NCBI RefSeq assembly: GCF_004010195.1
Contig: NC_057719.1
Span: forward strand, 86,577,446-86,641,445
Source of the DNA: Chiloscyllium plagiosum
Lineage: Eukaryota
DNA length: 64,000 nucleotides
Direction of reading: 5' to 3'
Shown: one piece after another, positions 38,701-50,700 of the stretch
How positions within the stretch are numbered: the stretch's first letter is position 1
How the letters are laid out: every line of letters begins with the position of its first letter
Program-made: the position numbers and the translations under genes
The notes under the pieces: generated by a model
The model's input: the letters and a program-made list of their open reading frames with translations, nothing else
The model's database searches: none
Told to the model about the DNA's origin: nothing

Positions 38701-41700
38701 GCCCTATCAATTGTCTATCCTTCCTCACAGACTCTCTGCATGCTGTAAATGCCTGTTTACCAGTTACCCCATCCTTTGATCCATCGCTCCAATTCCCATC
38801 ACCTTACCAAACTAGTTTAAACCCTTCCGAAGAGCTCTAACAAACCTTCCACCCAGGATATTGGTGCCTCTTCAGTTCAGGTGCAACCCGTATCCTCCTT
38901 CCAACCATCTTCAGTTGCTTTGATCTTTCCTCTAATGTAAATTCAGAAGAGGGGTTGTTTGCTGATGAGTAGCATTCACATCTCCTCAGACACTGAAGCA
39001 GTCCATGTTCAAATGTAGCAAGACATGTTGTGCAAGTTTAGGCTGACAAGTGGCAGGTAACATTCGCAGCACACAGATACGAAGCAACAAACACTTTCAA
39101 AAATCAAGAATCTAACTAGTGCCCCTTTACATTCATTGGTATTGCCATTATTAAATCCCCCATGATCAACGTTCTGGGACCAGAAACCGAATGGGGCTAC
39201 CTATATAAATACTGTGGCTACAAGCACAGATCAGAGGCTAGGAAACACATATCTCACTACCTCATTCCCCACAGCCTGTCCACCATCTGTATGGCACAAG
39301 TCAGGAGTGTGATTGAATATTCCCCACTTGTCTGAATGAATGCAGCTCCAAGAACACTCAAGAAACTTGAGATCAACCAGGACAAGCAACCTGTTTGATT
39401 GGCAACACATCCACAAACATTCAGGCTGTTCACCATCGACACTCAGAAACAGCAGTGCGTGCTATCTACAAGATGCACTGCCAAAATTCACAAAAGATCC
39501 TTTAGACCACTCCTTTCAAACGTATGACAACCACTGTTTAGAAGGAAAAGGGCACCAGTCGCAAAGGAACACCACCACCTTCTCAAGGGCAGCTGAGAAA
39601 AGCAATATGCAATAGTTTGACCAGGGACCCATATAACCCATGAGTGAATTGTAAAGATTCATCCCCAGCTGACTTCAGCTCCCTTAAATTTAATAAGCTC
39701 AGACTTCAGCATTTACGGTGAACAGCTGGTTGAGACATTCACACTTGGCAGGATCACCTAAGGCACCATCAGGTCCTGTTCACATAAAGTCATAGAAATC
39801 TGTAGCACTTCCATGGGCCATTTGGCCCTGCGAGGTTTCAGTGGTCAAAAACTATTTACTCTAATCCAATTTCCAGCACTTGGCCCATAGTCTTGAATTC
39901 CTTGGCATTGCAAGTGCACATCTAAATACTACTTATAGTATGAGGGTTTCTGTCTTTCCCACCCTAACAGGCAATGAGTTTCAGATTCCTACCACCAGGT
40001 GAAAAAGCTTTTCCTCACATTTACTCTAAACCTTCTGCCTCTTGTCTTCAATCTTTGTCCCCGGTCATTGATCCCTCCATCAAGGGGAAAGGTTTCTTCC
40101 TGTCTATCTTATCTATGTCCCTCAATTTTTTATATCTCACTCATATTCCCTCTCTGTCTCCTCTGTCTAAGGAAAACAAACCCAGTCTATTCAGTCTCTT
40201 TTCGCAACTAAAACTCTCCAGCACAGGCAGCATCCTGGTAAATCTCCTTTGCCCTTTCCAGTGCTGTCACATTCTTCCTAAAATGTGGATTCCAGAACTG
40301 CACACAACATTCTTGCTGTGGTCTAAACAATACTTTATTCATTACCTCCCCGCTCAAAAATCTCTGCCTCAGCTAATAAAGGCAGGTATCTTGTACACCT
40401 TCATAACCACTTTATCTACCTCTCCCCCACTATCTTCAAGGACTGGTGGCCGTGTTCACCAAGGTCCTTCGGATTCCCAGGACTTTCCATTCATCATGTA
40501 ATCCCTCACCTTGATTTTCCTGGTAAGTAGATCACTGCACACTCATGTAGATTGAATTCCTCAGCTAATTCTCCTCAGCTAAAACTGCTCATTATTCCAG
40601 GAGTTTTCTAGAATGCAAATAGGGCTTATCTGACACATTGCAACGTCTTCTATTCTGCCCCCTCTGCCCTCACCTCCAACAAATAGATAATTAGTTGAAG
40701 AGGAGAAATTTGGAGGGCAGTGGGAGAATTGCTGCTGCAGGAACATGCCAGGCTGAATGGCCTGTGCACTGTACCCAATTCAGGAGTCTAAACATTCTGT
40801 GATAAGTGCAGGAACGTTTAAAATTCCTTCATTATTCAGTTACCTGTTCTCCAGAGCATTAACCTAGGCCAGTTACAATATCCACTACACCAAAGCCCTA
40901 GATCTGAAGCCAGTTTTTTCTCTCCCATCATGGTCATGTCCTTTGTAGCGTCCTTGTCCATCTGCTATCCCCTCAACTTTATTTCCGCTAAACTGCTAAC
41001 CAGTGAACTCGCCTACTAGCTCCGTCTTCCTTAGTGAATGTTACCAGGTCATTGTTCCCCCCTCCCGCCCCCAACTTCAGATCTGCTGTCATTACATACT
41101 GTCTCAAAAAAATCCATCTTTGATTCCAGTATCGTTGCAAAGTATCTTTGTCTCTAGAATCCTTGAACATGTCACCTCACAAATGCATGCTCATCTTTTC
41201 TCCACTCTGTGACTGTAACAAGGATAAATTTCCTCCTTCCTCGTCTCAATCTGTTAGCAATCTTTGACATAGTTGACCACACCATTGTTCTCCAAGGTGT
41301 CCCTACCATTATCCAGCTAATCCATTCTTATCTAAACATTGAATTTCACATCCAATGACTTTTTCTGCTGCTATTGCATTAGCTCTGTTCACAGAAGTAT
41401 CCCTGGTTTCTTCTTAATTTCTTTTTTCCAAGTTCAAACCTTCATATTCTTTTTGATCCTGAGTTGATGGTCCAACACCAAGATTACATCCATCCATCTC
41501 TGTAACATCCTTTGTCTCTATACCTGCCTCAGCTCCTCTGTTTCTCAGCCTATCGTCATGCCTTTGAGAATAGTAAAGTTTAGAAATAACAACCTATACA
41601 GCACAGTTCCCACTTTATAAACTTCAGTTCAGCCAGAACTCTGCTGCATATATTTTTATTGGTTCACCTATTTCTGCTGTCTTCACTGAATTGGTTCCCG

Positions 41701-44700
41701 GTCCAGTAAAACTTCATTTTTAAAATTCTTCATCCTTGTCTTCAAATCCCTTCATAGCCTGGCCCATTCCTATTGGTCTAATATATTCCAGGCGGACAAC
41801 TCTCCCAAGATCTGTGCATTATTCCAGCTTGAACCTCTTGATCAGCTTTGATTTTCATTATTCTGCTAATTGATAGCTGTGACTTCAACTGACTGGGCTC
41901 TCACATCTGGAATTCCCTCCCTAAAAGACACTCCCTGAGACCTACCTCTTTGACCAAACTTTTGGTGTGACTACTTGTCCTTTTATGTCCTGATCTGTCT
42001 GTGTTAAATTTTGTTTGTGAAGTGCTTTAGGACATTTCATTGCATTAATGTAAGTGCAAGTTGTTATTGTCTTACCAGATAGCACAGTTATAACCATGCC
42101 TGTTTATAAATGCAGATCTCGTTATGGCTAGGAATGAACAGTGAAAATATATTGAGGCTCATAAATAATAAAACACTGCTTGTATGGTCTTTAAACATCA
42201 CCCTTTGGTTCAAGGTGCCTAACAAGCTTTTACTTGTTTTGTACAAAGTATTAATTCTGTTGTCTTGCATATTATGGTTGTATCCGTTCAAGTGTTTGAT
42301 ATCACTAAGCTTCACACCCTCTCCTGATCTGAAAGTGATATGTAAACATGTTTTTGATACAGATAATCCTCAAACAAGAATAAATCAACCTGCAACGCGG
42401 ACAATCATTCCATCAGGCCTGTTAGACACTATGGTAAAGAATTTATTTGTGTCACGCCTGACTGGGTCAGAGATCTGCAACTTCCTAAATGGCCTCTTTC
42501 TGCATCAGCTGTATGAGCAGAACCACTACTTCATGCGTGGACGAAGTATGTTTTCCGTCTGTAATGCCGAAATGTTGTGGTAATGCTGCAGTATTGACAT
42601 ATGCTAACTGGGTGATGCCACTAATTATTCAAATCACATTTACCATGGCATGACCCATAACAAAACTATGCTGTCTATCCCTGATTAATCTGTCGCTTCT
42701 ATGCTCTGATTGGAACAATTAGTCCAGCACCAAGGTCAGACTCACTAGCTTATAATTATTTGGTCTACCCTTCCCACATTTTTTTTGAATAACGGTACAA
42801 CATTTATTCCCTATTTACTTCCTGACTTCCTTTAACAACCTTGGACATAATTCAAACCGAAAGAACCGGGGATGCTGTAGATCAGAAGCAGAAACAGCAA
42901 TTGCTGACAAAGCTCAGTAAGTCTAGCCGCATTTGTGAAGAGAAATCGGAGATAATGTTTCCGGTCTGGTGATCCTTCCTTAGAACTTCCTGAGATGCTG
43001 CCAGATTTCATAGAGATGTATAGTACAGAAACCGAACTTTCTGACCAACTCATCAATGCCGACTAGATTGGGTTGGGATATCTAGTCCCACCTGCCAGCA
43101 CCTGGCCCATATCCCTCCAAACCCTTCCTATTCATATACCCATCCAAATGCCTTTTAAATACTGCAATTGTACCAGCCTCTGCCACTTTCTCTGGCAGCT
43201 CATTCCATACATGTATCACCCTCTTGTGGGCGGCACGGTGGCCCAGTGGTTAGCACTGCTGCCTCACAGCGCCTGTAGACCCGGGTTCAATTCCCGACTC
43301 AGGCGACTGACTGTGTGGAGTTTGCACGTTCTCCCCGTGTCTGCGTGGGTTTCCTCCGGGTGCTCCGGTTTCCTCCCACAGTCCAAAGATGTGCGGGTCA
43401 GGTGAATTGGCCATGCTAAATTGCCCGTAGTGTTAGGTTTAAGGGGTAAATGTAGGGGTATGGGTGGGTTGCGCTTCGGCGGGTCGGTGTGGACTTGTTG
43501 GGCCGAAGGGCCTGTTTCCACACTGTAAGTAATCTAATCTAATCTAATCTAAAAGGTTGCCCCATAGGTCCCTTTTATATCTTTCCCCCTCACCCTAAAC
43601 TTATGCCTTCTATTTACCCTATCCTTGTCCCTCATAACCTTCTAAACCTCTAAGGTCATCCCTCAATCTCCGACACTCTAGGGAAACCAGCCCAGCCTAT
43701 TCAGCCTCTCTCTATAAGCTCAAACCCTCCAATCCTGGCAACATTCTTGTAAATCTTGTCTGAACCCTTTCAAGTTTCACAACGTCCTTCCTATCTGAGG
43801 AAGACCAGAATTGCGCACACTATTCTTTAGCAAAGTGGCTTAACCAATGTCCTGTATAGCTGCAATGTGATCTCTGAACTCTCACACTCGATGCTCTGAC
43901 CAATAAAAGAAAGCATACTAAACATCACCTTTATTATCCTATCGATCTGAGACTCTACTTTCAAGAAACTATAAACCTGCACTCTAAGGTCTCTTCATTC
44001 AGCAACACTCCCCAAGACCTTACCATTAAGTGTATTAGTCCTGCTCTGATTTGCTGTTCCAAAATGTAGCACCTAGCATTATCTAAATTTAAACTCCATC
44101 TGCCACCTCGGCCCATTGGCCCATCTAATCAAGATCCTGTTGTAATCTGAAGTAACCTCTTTCGTTGTCCATTACATGTTCAATTTTGGTGTTATCTGCA
44201 AACTTACTAATACCTCCTATGTTCATCCAAATCATTTATATAAATGATGAAAAGTAGTGCACCCACCACTGATCCTTGTGGCACTCCACTGGTCACAGGC
44301 CTCCAGTCTGAAAAGCAACCCTCCAACACCACCCTGTGTCTTCTACCTTCAAGCCAGTTCTGTATCCAAATGGCTAGTTCTCCCTATATTCCATGTGATC
44401 TAACCTTGCTAACCAGTCTACCATGAGGAACGGTGTCAAACGCCTTGCTGAAGTCCATATAGATCACATCCACTGCTCTGTCCTCATCAATCCTCTTTGT
44501 TACGTCTTCAAAATACTCAATCAAGTTAGTGAGACATGATTTCCCATGCACACAGCCATGCTGACTATTCCTAATCTGTCCTTGCCTATCCAAATAGATG
44601 GAAATCTTGTCTCTCAGGATTCCTTCCAACAACCCAAAGATGTGCAGATCAGGTGAATTGGCCGTGCTAAATTGCCCGTAGTGTTAGGTAAGGGGTAAAT

Positions 44701-47700
44701 GTAGGGGTATGGGTGGGTTGCGCTTCGGCGGGTCGGTGTGGACTTGTTGGACCGAAAGGGCCTGTTTCCACACTGTAATGTAATGTAATGTAATCTAATC
44801 TAACTTGCCCATCTCCAATGTCCATAGTTCCCTGACTTTTCCTTACCATCTTTCTTAAATAGTAGCATCACGTTAGCTAATTTCCAGTCTTCTGGCACCT
44901 CACCTATGATTATTGATGATCTAAGTATCTCAGCAAGGGGCCCAGCAATCACTTCCCTAGCATCCCAAAGGGTTCTAGGATGCACCTGGTCAGATCCTGG
45001 GGTTTCCCGATGAAGAGCTTACGTTTGAAACATCGACTGTCCTGCTCCTCGGATGCTGCCTGACCAGCTGTGCTTTTCCAGCACCACATTTTTGACTCTA
45101 ATCTCCAGCTCCAGCTCCTCATTTTCTCTTGAGGGTTGTATTCACCATTATGCATTTTAAGGCATACAGCCCCACCACATCTGTAATATATGGACCATCT
45201 ATTTCCCCATGTTCTGTATCTTCCATGTCTTTCTTCATAGTAAAAAATGATGCAAAATAGTCATTTAGCATGTAGATTGCCTTACTGATCTTTGAGAGGT
45301 CTTATTCTCTCGCCTTTTGTCCTTAATGTATTTATAAAATCCCTTTGGATTCTCCTTAATCCTATTTGCCAAAGCTATCTCATGTCCCCTTTTTACCCTC
45401 CTGATTTCCCTCTTAAGCATACTCCTACTGCCTTTATACTCTAAGGATTTACTCAATCTCTCCTGTCTATACCTGACATTTGCTTCCTTCTTTTTCTTCA
45501 CCAAAATCTCAATTTCTCTTGTCATCCAGCATTCTCTACACCGACCAGCCTTGTCTTTCACCCCTAACGGAAACATATTGTCTCTGGACTCTCATTTTTG
45601 AAGGCTTCCCATTTTCCATCTGACTCTTTACCTGTGAACATCTGCCCCCGATCAACTTTTAGATTCTGTCTACCCTTTTCCATCACTATTGTAAAACTAA
45701 TAGAATTAAGTTCGCAGGCCCCAATGTGCTCTCCCACTGACACCTCAGTCACCTGCCCAGCCTTATTTCCCCAGGAGTATGTCAAGTTTTGCACCTTCTC
45801 TAGTAGGTACATCCACGTACTGAATCAGAAAATTTTCTAATATACACTTAAACTCCTCTCCATCTAAACCCTTGATACTACTATGGCAGTGTTCGAGGAG
45901 AAAGTGAGGTCTGCAGATGCTGGAGATCAAAGTTGAAACTTTATTGCTGGAACAGCACAGCAGGTCAGGCAGCATCCAGGGAACAGGAGATTCGACGTTT
46001 CGGGCACAGGCCCTTCTTCAGGAATGAGCAGAGAGTGTTCAGCAGGAGAAGATAAAAGGTAGGGAGGAGGGACTTGGAGGAGGGGAGTTGGAAATGTCTT
46101 CTTCTTGACCTCTCCGCCTCCACCCTACTCCGACCTATCACCCTCACCTTGACCTCTTTCCACCTATCACATTTCCAACGCCCCTCCTCCAAGTCCCTCC
46201 TCCCTACCTTTTATCTTCTCCTGCTGAACACTCTCTGCTCATTCCTGAAGAAGGGCCTGTGCCCGAAACGTCGAATCTCCTGTTCCCTGGATGCTGCCTG
46301 ACCTGCTGTGCTGTTCCAGCAATAAAGTTTCAACTTTGATATCCAAATGAATCCAACAAGAACTGGACCAAGCATATGTGGTACTCATAATCTTCTTCAT
46401 CCTAAGTATACGCATGATTTTACTACAACTGCTAAGTATTTCATCAGTAATATTTTCAGCAACATAACACAAAACATCGCAGATAAGAAAAACTGCAGCA
46501 TATTAACATGCCAAATTTCCCCTAAAGTAAATGCATTAAAATTCCATCAAATTTGACAATATTGTTATGTATTTGGCTTTAAGGGGTTAACACGTAGGGG
46601 GTTCCATACAACAGCCAAGCAGGGTGAGATCAATAGTTGTGATGTTGAGAAGATATGCTCTTCTTCATTAGGGTAAATAAAACCACAGAAAGTAGACAAA
46701 ATCAAACACAAAATATTGCTGAGGAAAGGAGTGAACAAAGACAGAAATGGGAACTATTTAAATGTAAATCTATGATTCGCTCCAGTAATAATATCTAACA
46801 ATATTCAATATCTAGGATCATACCAAAAGAGTACTTTGAAGTATTAAAGGGATTTTCTGCTATCTAGTGATCTCTGAGGCATGAAGTTTCCCTTTCTTGA
46901 TATGTGCAAGATCAAGACAAACACTAGGCATACAGTAACAGTGATATCACCGCAGGGAGTTGGCAGCCAATTACACTGAAGTATTCTCAAACAGCAAATC
47001 AGAAAGTAAAATGCAGTAAAATCTTCTACTCAATTAAAATTTCCACAGAGTAAATACAAATCATCAGTGATACACATGGGATTAAAGTAGCTGAAATATC
47101 ATAACTTTTTTTTAAATTTGAAAAAAACATTATTGCCATAATAATGGCAAAAAAGCATCCCAGTGATATAACATTAGATTTCTATGAGTAACTATTGAGT
47201 TATTAAAATTAAATTGCATTTATATAGTAACTGTTATGGCCACAGAAAGATCCAAAATGCTTTACAGCCAATAAAGTACTTTGGAAGTACAGTCAGTGTT
47301 GACACATAGCAGGCAATTTACATGTAGCAAGCTCCCACAAAAAGAAATGCTGTACTAATTATTGAAAAAATATTGACTATGACACCTGGAACAACTTTCT
47401 CATCAGTGGTGAGGTTCTGGAACCCACGAGTTCAAAGGGTAATACAGGCAAAAACCATAATCACATTAAAACATGCGGTGGAACAGTCAATGGGTTTAGG
47501 AATCAAAATTTGGAGAGTGGGATTAGTGTGACGAGGTATTCATCGACTGGTATGGACATAATGTGCCAGACGACTACCTTCTGTGCATGAAATCTTACTG
47601 TGTTTTCTATGTATCTATAACTCTTATTAAAAATAGTGCCATTGGCTCTTCTATGTCTACATTAGAGGACAGACAGGCCTTCACTTAGTAGGCTCTCGTC

Positions 47701-50700
47701 AAAAAGATAGCAGCTCAAGTCCCTCCTCCCTACCTTTTATCTTCTCCTGCTGAACACTCTCTGCGCATTCCTGAAGAAGGGCCTGTGCCCGAAACGTCGA
47801 ATCTCCTGTTCCCTGGATGCTGCCTGACCTGCTGTGCTGTTCCAGCAATAAAGTTTCAACTACTATGGCAGTCGCAGTCTATGTTTGGAAAGTTAAAATC
47901 CCCTACCATAACCACCCTATTATTCTTATAGATAACTGAAATTACAAATTTGTTTCTCGATTTCTTGCTGACTATTAGGGGGTCTATAATATAATCCCAA
48001 AAAAGGTGATCATCTCTTTCTTATTTCTCAGTTCCACTCAAGCAACTTCCCTGGATGTATTTCTGGGAATATCCTCCCTCAATACAGCTATAATGCTATC
48101 CCTTATCAAAAACGCCACTCCCCCTCCTCTCTTGCCAACCTTCCTAATCTCCCTGGAACATTAAGCTGCCAGTCCTTCCCATTCCTGAGCCACGTTTCTG
48201 GAATTGCTATGATATCCCAGTCCCATGTCCCTAACCATGCCCTGAGTTCGTCTGCCTTCCCTGTTAGGCCTCTTATATTGACATAAGTGCAGTTTCAGTC
48301 CTAACTCCTTCTCTGCCTTGTTCCTGCCTGCCCCGACTGTTTGACTTCCCCTTTTTACCAAGTGTACCAGTCTCAGACTGATCTCTTTCCTCACTGTCTC
48401 CCTGGGTCCCCCCCATCCCAACCTTACTAGTTTAAATCCTCTTGAGCAACTCTAGCAAATCTCCCTGCCAGGATATTAGTCCCCTTCCAAGGTGCAGTCC
48501 ATCCTTCCTGTACAGGTCACTTCTATCCCAGAAAAGATTCCAATTATCCAAAAATGTGAATCCTTCTCACCTGCACCAGCTCCTCAGCCACACATTCATC
48601 TGCTCTAACCACCTATTCCTATCCTCACTAGCTCATAGCACTGGGAGTAATTCAGATATTACTACTCTCAAGGACTTCCTTTTTAAATTCCTGCCTAACT
48701 TCCTATATTCTCCCTTCAGAATTTCGTCCTTTTCCCTTCCTATGTCAATTGTTCCAATGTGTACAACGGCCTTCTGCTGGTCCCATAACCCTTTGAGATT
48801 ATTCTGCACTCTCTCCCAGATATCCTTGATCCTGGCAGCAGGAAAGCAACACACCACTCTGATTTCTCACTGTCGGCCACAGAAGCTTCTGTCTGTGTCT
48901 CTGATTAGAGAGTCCACTGTCACAATCGATCACTTGAACCTGATGTACCCCTCATTATATTACAGCCAACTCAGTACCAGAAACTTGGCTATTCGTGCTA
49001 CATTCCCCTAAGAGTGTGTTACATTTTCCAAAACACAATACTTGCTTGAGACAGGGATAGCAACAGGAGACTCCTGCACTACCTACCTCCCTCTCACTCC
49101 TTTCCACGCCTGACAAATTTATTACATTCTTCATGGAGGTAATGAGCAGATAGATAAAAGGGAGCCAGTAAATATTTGGCTTTCCAAAAAGTGTTCAATA
49201 AAGGTACTACTAATAAGTCTACTTAAGATGCCATGGTGTTGGGGATAGTATATTAGTAAAGATGGAAGAGTGGCTAACAAGAGAGTTGGGCTAAGGAGGG
49301 AATTTTTAAAATGGCGACCTGTAACTACTGGAGTGCCTCAAGGATCAGTGCCGGGCCCACAATTATTTACAATGTACATTCATGACTTGGATGAGGTAAG
49401 TGAACACTTTTTAGCCAAGCTTGCAGATGACCCAAAAATAAATGGGAAGGCAAGTCGTGAGGGTGACATTGACAATCTGCAGACAAATAAAAGGTAAATG
49501 AGTAAGCAAAAGCTTGACAATTTGAATATAACGTGGGAAAGTTAGGTTATGCCAACCCTAACCCTATCACGGATTTGTCAGGAAGAAGATCTGATTTTAA
49601 ATGCAGAAAGATGCAGAAAACTTCAGCACCAAGGGATTGGGGATCTTTGTGCATGGATCCCAGAAACTTAAGTTTTGCAGGTGACATGGAAGACAAATAG
49701 AATGTTGGCTTTGTTTCAAAGAGATTGGAATATAAATATAAGGATGTCTTGCTAAAGCTATACAAGGCACTAGTTGAATCACATCTGCAACACTGGTTTT
49801 GATCCTCTTAGCTAAGGAAAGGCACTTCACTTTGAAAACTCCCCACCTCTCCCTCCTCCAAAGAACAGATGATATTTCTTATAAGGATGTGTTGTGTAGG
49901 TTGGACTTGTACTCTAGAAGAATGTTGGACTTGAGAGGTTATATATGGAGAGATTATTTCTCCTTGTGGGACAGTCTAGGACCAAAGGACACAATCTCTT
50001 AAATTTAAGCTGAAATGAGGAGGAATTGATTTCTCTGAGGGTAGTGATTCTGTGAAATTCTTTACTGTAAAGGGCTTTTAAGGCTGGGTCAGTGAGTATT
50101 TTCAAGGCTGAAAAAGACATTTTCAATCAGTAAGGGAATCAAGGTTTATGAGACAAAGGCTGAAAGTGGAGTTGAGAATTATCAGATCAAGGGGATGACC
50201 AAGAATCCAAGGAAAATAATGAAAGGTATCTCAATGGTGAGAGGTGCAGACAAGCATTTCTGTGATCACAGATGTGACTCTAGGATGGTCTGTTCCCTCA
50301 CTGTGCCAGGGTCTGGAATGTCACTGAACAGCTGCAAGGCATCCTGAAAGGACAGGATGGTAAGTCAGACATCTTGGTACAAGTTGGTACAGTGATTATA
50401 GGTAGACTGAGGAATGAAGGCATGCATAAAGAATTCAGGGAGCTAAGCAATAGGTTGAAAATCAGGACCTCCCAAGGAGTAATGTCTGAATTACTCCTGA
50501 TGCCACATGTTATCAAGTACAGAAATAGGACAATAGAGCAGATGAATGCATGACTCAACAGTTGATGCAGGAGGGAGGGTTTTAGATCTCTTAGTCGCTG
50601 GAAGCATTTCTGGGGAAGCTGGGATCTGTATATGTGGGGCAGTCTGCACCTGAAATAGAATAGGCCCAACATCCTTGTGGGAAGGTTTGCTAGTGTTGTT

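Larger units (their letters stand above)
45891..47858. mobile_element. Composite PLE-derived insertion: inverted pLTR + pLTR + ~1.37 kb non-coding cargo + pLTR (retrozyme-like)
   Basis: 172-bp inverted repeat 45926-46097 / 46169-46340; 146-bp direct repeat 46190-46335 / 47716-47861; 14-bp TSD ACTACTATGGCAGT at 45877-90 and 47859-72; host CR1 continues on both sides. Confidence 0.88.
43010..49095 (-). mobile_element. Long CR1 LINE (ORF1 esterase remnant plus ORF2) with four nested insertions
   Basis: ORF1 [12 protein letters not shown]...VVHIGT.DI...[12 protein letters not shown]2 [17 protein letters not shown]; sequence resumes exactly across the insertions. Confidence 0.9.

Noticed and set aside
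43228..43300. tRNA genes at the SINE heads
   Set aside because: They run directly into V-domain SINE bodies and are not standalone tRNAs.
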